Program-made: the position numbers and the translations under genes
In this document: one piece after another, positions 28,501 to 37,093 of the stretch
Layout of the letters: the number at the start of each line of letters is the position of its first letter
How positions within the stretch are numbered: position 1 is the first letter of the stretch
The notes under the pieces: model-generated
Databases searched by the model: none
The model's input: the letters and a program-made list of their open reading frames with translations, nothing else
What the model was told of the DNA's origin: nothing
Virus record (IMG/VR): IMGVR_UViG_3300027811_000005
Coordinates: 1-53,071 of that record
DNA from: a virus
Taxonomy: Duplodnaviria; Caudoviricetes
DNA: 53,071 bases
Direction: 5' to 3' (one strand)

Positions 28501-28793
28501 CGCGGTTCATCGGTTGGTACGACAGCCTTTATTGGTATTTGCTCGACTCTGCAACAGAACTAGTCATAACTCGCGTCAACCGCCGCAAGGGGACGCTGGG
28601 GACAAACCCACGTGGACTGATGCGGCAACTGCGAGATATTGGACTGTTGCACCCTGACAATGACGACAGGTTTACCTATAGGTTTTCAGGAGTAGCTACA
28701 AAGCCGAGAGTACACAGAATCGTCAGGAGCAACGTGGGGGAGCCTTCTCCAGATAGCGGGATTGCCGGGTATGCCGGGAATGACGGGAATTAG
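25599..28793 (+). CDS. DNA primase-helicase (CHC2 Zn finger + TOPRIM + helicase-like domain)
   Basis: CPFHDNHNTP...WKCFAGCG, IVEGQGD, ALDHDRAG, DAND; P-loop-like LYGTTETYKS and WIDDF. Confidence 0.9.
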   Translation: MSVFDEIKDKLRIEDVIGETVTLKMSGHSMTGFCPFHDNHNTPALAVWPETQTWKCFAGCGSGDVFDWAEKRDGMDKRGVLKLLARKAGVELTLATPEQLKAQEKRKEATLVAQVAAAFFRKRMTEAAGAPGVEYARSRGWASDTLKGLGYFGKDWDGLKKHMAEAGVDLECSAAVALVGYRGDVAAWGKRWGVRVTDEEIKEGKIHAMPPEMLMYCHVEGRSVVYVSGRRLPSSPTLLPLGEGGMPKSWNPPARLFGERQPYFNACFKHGKPVLIVEGQGDAKTLEEWKLPGIALAGCGTDNALLSVLKKCGQVTVALDHDRAGEYAATGLIPYGTEPQPFTERVKRSLCWKLVEAGLPATKVKVLTWPREEGKDKADANDCLKAGMTGEQVGALVKGAESFLDVMLGFSSDDGKDEAERDEARMMVFELLADVDARWVIARKKQLAKQLDYDSDTFERMLMEARKRAGQDETGRPMYGVSGGRMVHNNFDRMGNPYEQTLLNGVLNITGDLVLDDGEKQMRRFTIEFTRENGAKFQPTEVDVEDYAPLNWLYSAWGVNAIVPAGQSVKEHLRVAMLTLSKNVETLHRYQHTGYHNIDGRMVYLTTVGAVGRDGVQVEIERAADRYRLPSKPENVVEAAKASFRSLGAGNLYITVPLFSTMYLAPLSSILEPAFSVWLYGTTETYKSAITALMMCHYGRFLYNTPPGSWSGSTEVGLRVMAFMLKDMPFWIDDFTAQATERGDDNLHDRAGRVLRDWANRTGGLKGTAEGGLRKVHKPRGIVVNSAEILPSVRSIRSRLLMLEMQKGFVNLDDILERYKNSEVDLYPHAMAAYVLWVGDHYAELEKSLPLRRDQLVAECRNQKGDSREYNHVATEMVAFELATRWMNEIGAIDTIEASAMVKFAFDMMMAAADEQTVDTQVDENPVNKFMNELEQMLADGTAFVRHADTPNEETRSLPESGQRSVNARFIGWYDSLYWYLLDSATELVITRVNRRKGTLGTNPRGLMRQLRDIGLLHPDNDDRFTYRFSGVATKPRVHRIVRSNVGEPSPDSGIAGYAGNDGN

Positions 28794-28850
28794 TGCAGTA
28801 AGTGTTTATATTCTGTGACCGGTATTCCCGGCAAACCCGGCAAACCCACT
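28756..28850. repeat. Putative replication origin: 9-bp repeats in opposing orientation
   Basis: GCGGGATTG/CCGGGTATG/CCGGGAATG/ACGGGAATT, an AT-rich spacer, then TTCCCGGCAAACCCGGCAAACCC. Confidence 0.55.
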
Positions 28851-28980
28851 TGTAGAATAGAGGGTGCCCGGGCATGTTCCAAAACATGGTATGCAAATAG
28901 AATGATTTTGTTGTTACAAGAGAATGGAAAGCATTTTGTTGTAACAGGTATATCAGAAATCTCGAGTTTGGAGGAAAGCC

Positions 28981-29388
28981 ATGATGAACAATGATGTAGG
29001 TGTAGAAGTGCAGGTGCGCGAGGAGTCTGTTACCAGATTTATGCAGTTGTTGGATTTGTTGCTTTCGGATGGGACGGCATTTGTGAGACATGCCGATGCG
29101 CCGATAGATGACACGCAAGCCATGCCTGAAATTGACAAGCGGACCGCGAATAGTGTGTTCATTGGCTGGTATGACAATTTGTACTGGTACCTGCTGGACG
29201 CGGCGGAGGAGATGATTTATATGCGAGCCAACAAGTTGTGCCAGCCTATCGGGATTTCTGGGCATGAATTGAAGACCGAATTGCGGAATCGCAAAATTCT
29301 GTACGCTGACAGGGAAGATCGGTTCACATACAGGTTTTCCAGGATGACTTCTAGGCCACGTGTGCTACGCATTGCCAGGTTGGGATAG
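28981..29388 (+). CDS. Stand-alone paralog of the primase-helicase C-terminal domain
   Basis: DGTAFVRHAD, FIGWYD.LYWYLLD and DRFTYRFS shared with the last ~125 aa of the upstream gene. Confidence 0.85.
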   Translation: MMNNDVGVEVQVREESVTRFMQLLDLLLSDGTAFVRHADAPIDDTQAMPEIDKRTANSVFIGWYDNLYWYLLDAAEEMIYMRANKLCQPIGISGHELKTELRNRKILYADREDRFTYRFSRMTSRPRVLRIARLG

Positions 29389-29433
29389 TATGTGGACCAT
29401 ATTGTGTTGGGAAACCACGTAGGGGAGGGAAGA

Positions 29434-29691
29434 ATGATTCAAGAGGTTAGCTTGGTTGAGACGCTGAAGGCGGTTGAGGCTGTTGGGTCATTGGTGCCGG
29501 GGCACGACGAGGGTGATCTTCGGGATGCAATCGTGATCGTGTCAGGGAAGGTGTCGAAGTTGAAGCGGTTGCAGAATTGGAAGAATCCGCCGTGCTGGAC
29601 GATGAAGGAGATGTGGGCGGCTGATTTGGTTCTGCGCTCGTTTGGGGTGGTGCTGGTTGGGAAGGACGGCGGCCGTGGTGGGGCAGGGTAG
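29434..29691 (+). CDS. Hypothetical protein
   Basis: GGAGG RBS before ATG 29434. Confidence 0.55.
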   Translation: MIQEVSLVETLKAVEAVGSLVPGHDEGDLRDAIVIVSGKVSKLKRLQNWKNPPCWTMKEMWAADLVLRSFGVVLVGKDGGRGGAG

Positions 29692-29909
29692 GGAGGCAAG
29701 GTTGATCAATGTTGGCAAGGAGGGGCAAGGGCCCCTTGCCCCTACGGGATGTAAACGGTTGCCGCTATGGGATGGACGGCAGTGGTGGGATGGGCGCGAC
29801 ATTGCGGTGTGGTGTGCTGATCTGAATGAGTTTTTGACACAACACGGGCTGAGGACTGTTTCCAGTCTCGACCCGGAGGGGAGCGGGTTCAAGGTGGAGG
29901 TTGGGCCAG

Positions 29910-30266
29910 ATGTCAAAGCGGTTGGAGGATCGGGAGAAGATTGTGGCGGAAGTGATGAAGTTGCGAAAGGCGGGGCTGTTGTTTCCAGAGATCGGGAAGA
30001 GGCTGGGGATTCACAAGGAGACGGCCCGGTATCTGTTCAAGCGAGGGTTTCCCCACTCGATTCGGACTGCGAAACCGGATAGGGAAAAGTTGCCTCTTAT
30101 GACGATGGCGGGGACGTTGTGGAATTGGCCACCCATCCGGCCGCATGGTTCGGTTGATGGAAACTTGTGCGCGGCGTGTGGTGTGGTGAACGAGTGCCGA
30201 GCGAGCGTGGACCAGGGCGGATTTGTGGGATGCGAAAGGCCGCTGGAGCGGGAGATGATGCGGTGA
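29910..30266 (+). CDS. HTH protein with C-terminal Cys cluster
   Basis: LRKAGLLFPEIGKRLGIHKETAR; CAAC...C...C. Confidence 0.65.
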   Translation: MSKRLEDREKIVAEVMKLRKAGLLFPEIGKRLGIHKETARYLFKRGFPHSIRTAKPDREKLPLMTMAGTLWNWPPIRPHGSVDGNLCAACGVVNECRASVDQGGFVGCERPLEREMMR

Positions 30267-30931
30267 AGAAGATACGTGTCCTTGCAATTTTAGCAGGTCT
30301 GGTGGTGTTGATGGCAGAGTGTGGATGCTGGGCTGTGATGGCTCGCAAGCCCAGGGCCGTGGTGACAAGTACTGTGGCACCAAGGGAGACAATGACGAGG
30401 ACGCCGGTGCATGGGACTGCGGTGTTGAGTGTAACGGCGGGGGGGACAACGGCGAAGAGTACAGCGGTGCCAAGTTCGGCGGTGCGGGGAACGAGCGCGT
30501 TGGTTGAGATTGTGGTTGCTGGTGGAACGGTTACGGAATCCCCCCGCATTATCGTCGAGGAGAGTGAGACGCCTGTGCCCACTATCGTGGCAGCCATTGT
30601 GGAGCCGGGCAACACGCCTTTGAGCACGATCTCTGCGCTTGGGCCGACAGCGGGGCCGACCGCTACCGCGACGCCGACGCGGACTCCAACGTCAACTTTC
30701 ACTCCTACACCGACCTGGACACCAACGCCGACCTCTACCGCGACACCGACGCCAACTTTTACACCTACACCAACCTGGACGCCAACTCCAACTCCTACCC
30801 GGACACGCAGGCCAACTGTTATGCCACCGGCGCCGGCGACGATAGCGTGGCCGTGCCCGACTTGTTCACCTGTGACGACGCCGTGCTCGCCATTGCCGAC
30901 GCCGTTTCAATCGCCACTGGCGACGCCATGA
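30263..30931 (+). CDS. Membrane-anchored Pro/Thr-rich protein
   Basis: Signal/TM segment then TPTPT repeats; GTGA overlap. Confidence 0.65.
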   Translation: MKKIRVLAILAGLVVLMAECGCWAVMARKPRAVVTSTVAPRETMTRTPVHGTAVLSVTAGGTTAKSTAVPSSAVRGTSALVEIVVAGGTVTESPRIIVEESETPVPTIVAAIVEPGNTPLSTISALGPTAGPTATATPTRTPTSTFTPTPTWTPTPTSTATPTPTFTPTPTWTPTPTPTRTRRPTVMPPAPATIAWPCPTCSPVTTPCSPLPTPFQSPLATP

Positions 30932-30963
30932 GCCAGGGCATTATTTGAGAGAAGGGGGAAACC

Positions 30964-31155
30964 ATGAGCAAGGAAACTATTGCGGCCGCCAAAGCGCGGC
31001 ACGAGCGTGACATGCACATTGAGGAGTTCGAGGTATGCCAGAACCCGGAATGCAGAGCGGCGACCACAGAGATCAACAGGGAGTTGGCTATCGAGAGGAT
31101 GCAGATTGCGCTTCGGTTGAAGGAGATCGAGGGAAGTCGAGTTTATTTGCAATAG
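30964..31155 (+). CDS. Small hypothetical protein
   Basis: GGGG RBS; 63 aa. Confidence 0.5.
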   Translation: MSKETIAAAKARHERDMHIEEFEVCQNPECRAATTEINRELAIERMQIALRLKEIEGSRVYLQ

Positions 31156-31325
31156 AGGGGCAACCACGATGGTTGCTCCTACGGGACTGATAAGAAAGAC
31201 TTATCGAATCAGGATACTGAACCGCCAGATGCTTCGTGAAACGAAAAAGCCGCGCTTGCGGGCGCGGCTGTCGAACTTTGACAACTGAATCAACTATAAG
31301 AAAACTTAACATACCCCTCATGCAT

Positions 31326-31988
31326 TCATCCAGACTCCTTGCCTGCCTCCCACGCCTCAGAAAATTCACGACTAGCAAACATCTCTGCAAGGCCACTGAT
31401 TTGCTTCAAACGTAATACCTCGTCTGGATCAAGCCCCAATTCGCGCGCAATCCATTCATCCGAATGATTCCGGCGCGACAACTCGACAACTATCTCGCTC
31501 ATGCCTTGCACTAGATGTTTGCCGCGCGCACGATTGTGCCTGATGGTGGACGCGATTCTGTCTGATCTATCCTCTCTCCATGTGTTGATGGTTGTTACTG
31601 GCAAATATCCGAGCGTGCGTTTTCGTATCGCCTTACATTCCTTACCGATGCGGGTGCGGTGAAAGCCATCTACGACCTCGCGGTGACCATCTACCAGCCA
31701 TGTAACGACGGGTTGTGTGTAACCATCCTCTTTTACGCTCAATTCCAGCAGTCGCATCTCCGGCGGCGCGACCTGATTAGGGTTATAGTCATTAGCCTCC
31801 ACCGCATCAGACAGAACCCACAACACGCAATCTACCGGCTCATCTTTGAGTGGGCTGACGGCATGGAGAGCGATTTTGATCTCGTTGATAACTTCAATGC
31901 GTTCGTCGTTTGGCAATCCAGCGATTTCCTCACACAACGATTTTGCCTGCTCAATGACATTGTTTCCGATTAGGGTAAGATTCCCCAT
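31326..31988 (-). CDS. ibrB: IbrB-like ParB/Srx-domain protein
   Basis: EPVDCVLWV, ANDYNPNQVAPPEMRLL, DGYTQPVV, VVDGFHR, STIRHNRARGKH. Confidence 0.9.
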   Translation of the reverse strand: MGNLTLIGNNVIEQAKSLCEEIAGLPNDERIEVINEIKIALHAVSPLKDEPVDCVLWVLSDAVEANDYNPNQVAPPEMRLLELSVKEDGYTQPVVTWLVDGHREVVDGFHRTRIGKECKAIRKRTLGYLPVTTINTWREDRSDRIASTIRHNRARGKHLVQGMSEIVVELSRRNHSDEWIARELGLDPDEVLRLKQISGLAEMFASREFSEAWEAGKESG

Positions 31989-33190
31989 GCCGACCTCCGA
32001 TTTCTCATGATCTTTAGGTAGCGCTCGTATGCCTGTGATTTGTGCTGGCTGAAGGATAAGCCTTTGCACCAGTAGTCGTTACGCAAAAGTGCCTTGCAGA
32101 TACGCCGCCAACTCGGAACTGTTTTTTGAGCCTCGGCCTCGACGTCAGCTTCGTCGGGTATCGTCGGGTGCCCATGTTCTTGCCACCAATGTATGAACAC
32201 AGCGATTTTGTTGGTGAAATGTTCCTTTGTTTGTGGCGGAAGGCTCTCTAGCAGGAGCATAGCGAACGATTGCCATGTGTGTCCTTCCGGTTTCGTGATT
32301 TTCAGACGACCAAGGATGTTGCCAGATTCTTGGGCGTAGAGCGCGCCACTGTTGGCTCCGTTCACACGAGCCACTACACGCGCCCACGTCTCTGGCTCGA
32401 TCAGGTGAAATAGCCATAACCCTTTTCGCTGATCGTCCCCATAGGGCTGGCAGATACGAGCCTGGTGAATCGTCAATCCGGCCTGGTACATCAAGTCGTA
32501 GAGATGATTGTAGGGCTTGCCGGTCTTGCCGTGATAGGTCCAGATGTCCTCGGTTGACCAATCATAGATAGGGTAAATGTTCCACAAGGTCGGATCGTCA
32601 CCATCCTCGCGGACGCAGTTAGTCCATCCACGACCGCCGAATTTGACGCCATGCCCAGCGATGGTGCGCCAGCGATTCAGGCTCTCTGCTGTGCGAATTC
32701 CAACCATGCAGGCTGTCAACTGTCCCTGACCATACCAAAATCCGAACTTTGGCACAAACTCCTCGAATTCCATTGCATAGGTGTAGAACGGGAAAAATGA
32801 TGGATCGGTGATGGCGATGTCTGGGGGTTGCCTGATCCAGTCGGTTTCTCGTCCAGGTTCCCATGCGATCCAGTGATGCTCATACATGCTGACAGCGTTG
32901 CGCAGATGGATCGGCAGACATTCCCAGTAAGGTTCAATATTGTCACGGTACAGATCGAGCACCTCCAAAATGTGGTCAATGGTGAGTTTATACTGCCCTT
33001 CCAAATCCAGAAATAGAACGCCGACCTTGCGCCCGCGCGGGATTGCCTCATCCATCGCCATGTGCAACATCACAGTAGAGTCTTTCCCGCCGGAAAATGA
33101 GACGTAGACACGCGGGAATGTGTCGAATGTCCACGAGATACGTTGACGGGTTGCTTCGTACACGCTCATTCCAAGCATTCGTTTAGGCAT
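31970..33190 (-). CDS. ibrA: IbrA-like PAPS-reductase-domain/DUF3440 protein
   Basis: SFSGGKDS PP-loop, GIRTAESLNR, YPIYDW, RICQPYGDDQR, SWRRICK.LL.NDYWC. Confidence 0.92.
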   Translation of the reverse strand: MPKRMLGMSVYEATRQRISWTFDTFPRVYVSFSGGKDSTVMLHMAMDEAIPRGRKVGVLFLDLEGQYKLTIDHILEVLDLYRDNIEPYWECLPIHLRNAVSMYEHHWIAWEPGRETDWIRQPPDIAITDPSFFPFYTYAMEFEEFVPKFGFWYGQGQLTACMVGIRTAESLNRWRTIAGHGVKFGGRGWTNCVREDGDDPTLWNIYPIYDWSTEDIWTYHGKTGKPYNHLYDLMYQAGLTIHQARICQPYGDDQRKGLWLFHLIEPETWARVVARVNGANSGALYAQESGNILGRLKITKPEGHTWQSFAMLLLESLPPQTKEHFTNKIAVFIHWWQEHGHPTIPDEADVEAEAQKTVPSWRRICKALLRNDYWCKGLSFSQHKSQAYERYLKIMRNRRSAWGILP

Positions 33191-33542
33191 CGTTATCCTC
33201 TTGGATTGAACCATCCGGGGCGACGGTAATACGTCTCGTCCGCATCACGCCCAACTCAACGCACTCTCTGATTTCATATCGCCCAGGCTCAAGCGTGTAC
33301 CAATCGTACACGCCACGAGCGCCAAGCTTTTGAGCATGACTATAGTCTTTCATCATGCGCGGGATGGGAGTGCGACCATTTTGCTCCAGGCATGTTACGG
33401 ATGGGTAGTAACGCACTTGTCCATATTTCATCGCCCGGCACATCTCGCGGACTTGGATATTCTTGATCTTGCCGCGATCAAGCGCGTGCATGTAGGCGTG
33501 ACAATCATCACCAACGACTTCGAGTTTGATGATCGCATTCAT
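33183..33542 (-). CDS. Hypothetical protein
   Basis: Overlapping operon with ibrA; DYS.A...GARGVY motif. Confidence 0.65.
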   Translation of the reverse strand: MNAIIKLEVVGDDCHAYMHALDRGKIKNIQVREMCRAMKYGQVRYYPSVTCLEQNGRTPIPRMMKDYSHAQKLGARGVYDWYTLEPGRYEIRECVELGVMRTRRITVAPDGSIQEDNDA

Positions 33543-34282
33543 GTTACTGGCAACCAGTCCTCGTCCTGGATGTGGCACCCATAGTCAAGCGCAAGTTCTG
33601 GATGCTCGCGTTGCCACTCGTTATATTTCCGTGCCCATTCCTGGTACAGAACATTGTAGTAATACACCAGTGGACGGCCTGTTTGCTTGCTCCACTCTGC
33701 GGCAGCCTGCCCGTGATTCATTATATACGGTTGCTGGGGTGGAGTCGGAATACCCAGTGCGATCAGCGGATCGTATGAATGGGCCAGTCGCATGACATCT
33801 CCAGGTGACACAAACGACTGAACTAAATCAATGAGATTCTGGCATTGTTTTTTGCACCAGGCCGTAGACTGGTCTGGTGTCACGAGCAATGTGTTGGTCG
33901 TAGATTGTGTGGTGATGCCATGATACGACATCTCGATCATTACGCCGATGGCCTGACTAAAATGCAGACCCGTCCCAGCGTGCATGTTGACCGGGATTTC
34001 TTCAATCTTCATGCTCTCAATTTTGATTGGGAACATTTTGGCCGCCTTTCTATGTTTGGGTGGTCGCCCGCCTGCGGTTTGAACTGCGTCGCCCCGCATG
34101 AGGCGGGCCGTCTTTGCAATGAGTTGGTCAGCGCGCGAGGGATTGGCACTGTACCAGCGCTTCACGGCGCGGGCGCGGAGGGCACTATAGTCAAATGCGC
34201 CGTCAGCGGATTGCCATCCCGCCTCGCGCAGCCAACGCTTGACGATCTCGATACGTTTTTGGTACTCGGATGTTTGAGACAT
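33539..34282 (-). CDS. Hypothetical protein
   Basis: GGAG RBS; operon position. Confidence 0.6.
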   Translation of the reverse strand: MSQTSEYQKRIEIVKRWLREAGWQSADGAFDYSALRARAVKRWYSANPSRADQLIAKTARLMRGDAVQTAGGRPPKHRKAAKMFPIKIESMKIEEIPVNMHAGTGLHFSQAIGVMIEMSYHGITTQSTTNTLLVTPDQSTAWCKKQCQNLIDLVQSFVSPGDVMRLAHSYDPLIALGIPTPPQQPYIMNHGQAAAEWSKQTGRPLVYYYNVLYQEWARKYNEWQREHPELALDYGCHIQDEDWLPVT

Positions 34283-34290
34283 GATGGCTC

Positions 34291-34635
34291 CTAGCATTGG
34301 CAATGGCGGCCGCAGTAACCGCAATCGAGGTGAACTGGCTCCTCGCCACAGCGCGGACAGGGTTCCCACAGTTGTCCGCCCCCATTTGGGCGCGGTTTTC
34401 CAGTCGGGATATTCGGCGTCGGCTGTTCGGTGTTGATATTGTAATCGTCGCTGCCAACCCCGCCGATGCCCAGACCGCTCGTGATGTCATCAAATGTGAT
34501 GGGGGATTTAGGTGCATTGCTCTGTTGAGAATTGAGATGACGCGCCTGTGCATTCGCCTTTGCATGGGTATATTGGTTGCCGCTGATAACTCGATAGTGT
34601 CCGTCAATCAGCTTTACCGTGTGGGTGTTTCCCAT
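34291..34635 (-). CDS. Hypothetical protein with C-terminal Cys cluster
   Basis: CPRC...CGYCGRHCQC; GGAG RBS. Confidence 0.65.
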   Translation of the reverse strand: MGNTHTVKLIDGHYRVISGNQYTHAKANAQARHLNSQQSNAPKSPITFDDITSGLGIGGVGSDDYNINTEQPTPNIPTGKPRPNGGGQLWEPCPRCGEEPVHLDCGYCGRHCQC

Positions 34636-35060
34636 TGTTGTTGCTCCTCTCTGTCAATCTACACATGATTTTATCATAAATCATGTTGGTTGTCAATAGG
34701 GAAAATGGGCACAAATTTTCAGGATAGTAGGGCATGTAATTCTGAACCGATAATAACGGATTATGAGAGCCGGGGGCGGCACGAGAGTGGTGCTGGCGTA
34801 GAGATTCTTTTGGCGCTGCGCGCCCTCAGAATGACAGTTGCGGGGGGGATTGACAAGCCGGGGGGGTTTGTGGTAGGATAAGGGCGATCTGGGCAGATCA
34901 CATCGGGGCGTTTTTTGTTACCCCGTGAACAACTGTATACTTGGCGGCAAAGAGCCGCCGTTGAGCAAACGCCTCCTGATCTGCCCAGATCCGGGTGTGA
35001 CACTCAACGGCGGCTTTTTGCGTTTGGGCCTGTTGAGGCTCAAGAAAGGATCTGGGCAAA

Positions 35061-35456
35061 ATGAATGTGAAAGGACTGCGTGGAAGCAGGAATGGCGCGG
35101 AGGTTGCGCAACCGAATGTGTGGTTCACGGCCGGGATGTGGCGGAGGCTGTTCAAGGGGGAGGAGGAGCAGGCACGCAGTTTGCGGCTGGCGTTGGTGGA
35201 CCTGCTGGTGTATCCGCTTCATCCGTTGACGCTGGCGAATTGTCCGGCGGTGTCGGTGGCAAATCATCGGGCGGCGCTGCACCAGGTGGTGGATGAGCTG
35301 GACGCGACGGAGGCGCACGTGCTGTTCAATGTGGGGCGACTGCTGTTGTTGGTGCCGCGCCGGCGGGAGGTGTTCCGGTACATACGGGAGAGGCAGGAGG
35401 CCCTCATCCCCGGCCCTTCTCCCAAGGATTGGGAGAAGGGTGGAGCGCCAAAGTGA
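35061..35456 (+). CDS. Hypothetical protein downstream of a structured leader
   Basis: AAAGGA RBS; preceded by promoter-like TTGACA...TAGGAT. Confidence 0.55.
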   Translation: MNVKGLRGSRNGAEVAQPNVWFTAGMWRRLFKGEEEQARSLRLALVDLLVYPLHPLTLANCPAVSVANHRAALHQVVDELDATEAHVLFNVGRLLLLVPRRREVFRYIRERQEALIPGPSPKDWEKGGAPK

Positions 35457-35529
35457 TTTTGTTGTTACAGGAGAATGATGGTTATTCTGTTGTAACAGGG
35501 TGGTGGGGATTAAATTTCGCCCAAATATA

Positions 35530-35559
35530 TTGACAGGAGTTGCGGTGTGGTGGTAATAT
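35530..35559 (+). promoter_or_regulatory. Sigma70-like promoter upstream of lysis/late genes
   Basis: TTGACA-N18-TAATAT with TG extension. Confidence 0.5.
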
Positions 35560-35765
35560 TGTAATGTGAGCCTGGACGCTCCGGGATTTGGCGTCCAGGC
35601 CTTTTTGTTATCCCGGGGCGATCCAGCACTCAGATCGGAGTTGCGATGAATGGGTGGGATCGCACGAGGGTGAAGTTCATTGTGCCGCATACGCAGTAGC
35701 GTATTGCGGCGTTTTCGTTTTGGGCAGTGGGCGCGGAGACCGCGCCCCTACGGAGGAGGAGTGAA

Positions 35766-36245
35766 ATGAAAAGGTCGTGGATCGGGGCGGTGGTGAGTGT
35801 GTTGACGCTTTTGGTTGTGGCGGTATTGGCTTTTGCGGTGGGTGGCTCTGCGCTGGCGCAGGGAACTGAGCCGCCGGCCGTTCCGCCGCCGGTGCCGGCG
35901 TTGACGGATGTGCTGGCGATGCTGGCCTCCGGGATCGGCGTGGGCGCGGTGATCGCATTTCTATTTGAAAAGTTCAAGTGGTTCCAGGACATGGCGCCGA
36001 ATACGAAATGGTGGGTGGTGCTTGCGCTGAGCCTGGGACTGCCGGTTTTGGCGAGGGTGGCGCTCCAGTTCATTCCGCCAGATGTCTGGGCCATGATCGA
36101 GCCGTACTGGTCGGCCATTGCTACGGGCTTTTTGATCTGGGCTGGCAGTCAGGTGACGCATAAATTCGACCAGTCAACGGCCATGAGCACACAACGCGGT
36201 CTTGCCAAGGGTAATCCTGAGCTTGTACGCAAGTTCAAGGCGTGA
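35766..36245 (+). CDS. Holin-like membrane protein
   Basis: Four hydrophobic segments; begins the lysis cluster. Confidence 0.6.
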   Translation: MKRSWIGAVVSVLTLLVVAVLAFAVGGSALAQGTEPPAVPPPVPALTDVLAMLASGIGVGAVIAFLFEKFKWFQDMAPNTKWWVVLALSLGLPVLARVALQFIPPDVWAMIEPYWSAIATGFLIWAGSQVTHKFDQSTAMSTQRGLAKGNPELVRKFKA

Positions 36246-36254
36246 TGCGGAAAC

Positions 36255-36821
36255 ATGTCGCAACTTGAACGGGATATTCTGCTTGCACTGATAGCAGGAT
36301 TACCAGCTTTGATTTTGGCGATTCTCGCCTGGCGCAAGGCTCCGGCGGAGATTGACGCAGCGGAGGCCGCAGCGGACAAGGCGCAACACGATGCGACCAA
36401 GTCCATCGCCGAGGGCGCGGATGTGCTCTCCAAGTCGCTGAGGGTGGAAATCGAAAACCTCAAGGCGGATTTGGCTGAAGAGAAGTCAAAATCAGAAATA
36501 GCTATTCGGTTCGGGGAGGACTTGCAGCGACGATTGACCAATGCGGAGGAGCGACTGGCGCGAGCAGAGGCACGGGCTACCGAGGCTGAGAAGCGCTCGT
36601 TGGAACTCCGCTCCGATCTCGTCAAAGTTGGAACGATGCTGGACGAACAGCGCAAGAAACACCAGCAGCAGATTGACGAACTTGTGCTCATCATCCAAAC
36701 CTTGCTGGAGCAGGTAGAGGGATTGGGCGGAAAGCCCAATATAGATCGGGAAGTCTTGGAACGAATTGCGAACCTGAGCCGTAAGACGAATGGATGGAGC
36801 AACGAAGAGTCTAGAAGATGA
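36255..36821 (+). CDS. TM-anchored coiled-coil protein (lysis region)
   Basis: N-terminal TM and long coiled coil. Confidence 0.7.
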   Translation: MSQLERDILLALIAGLPALILAILAWRKAPAEIDAAEAAADKAQHDATKSIAEGADVLSKSLRVEIENLKADLAEEKSKSEIAIRFGEDLQRRLTNAEERLARAEARATEAEKRSLELRSDLVKVGTMLDEQRKKHQQQIDELVLIIQTLLEQVEGLGGKPNIDREVLERIANLSRKTNGWSNEESRR

Positions 36822-37093
36822 GTGAGTCGCGGGGGATTTGGGAAGGCGTTGAGGTTCACGAGAATGGGACAATCTCTGAATCCGATGCACGCCGCGTTCG
36901 CAAGCGTCTGCGTATTCTCATCATTGCGGATATGCAGAACCTATCACTTGTTCTGTCGGAGGCCGAGAAATTGCAAGACAAGTTGGCCAATCTCGCTACA
37001 ATGGAATTCGCGGTCGAGGACTTGACTTATCGTGAGATCAAAGCTGCTTTTGACGTGTTGGTTGGTAAGGAAGATCAGGATGTCCATACATAG
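36818..37093 (+). CDS. Hypothetical protein
   Basis: ATGA overlap. Confidence 0.6.
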   Translation: MSESRGIWEGVEVHENGTISESDARRVRKRLRILIIADMQNLSLVLSEAEKLQDKLANLATMEFAVEDLTYREIKAAFDVLVGKEDQDVHT

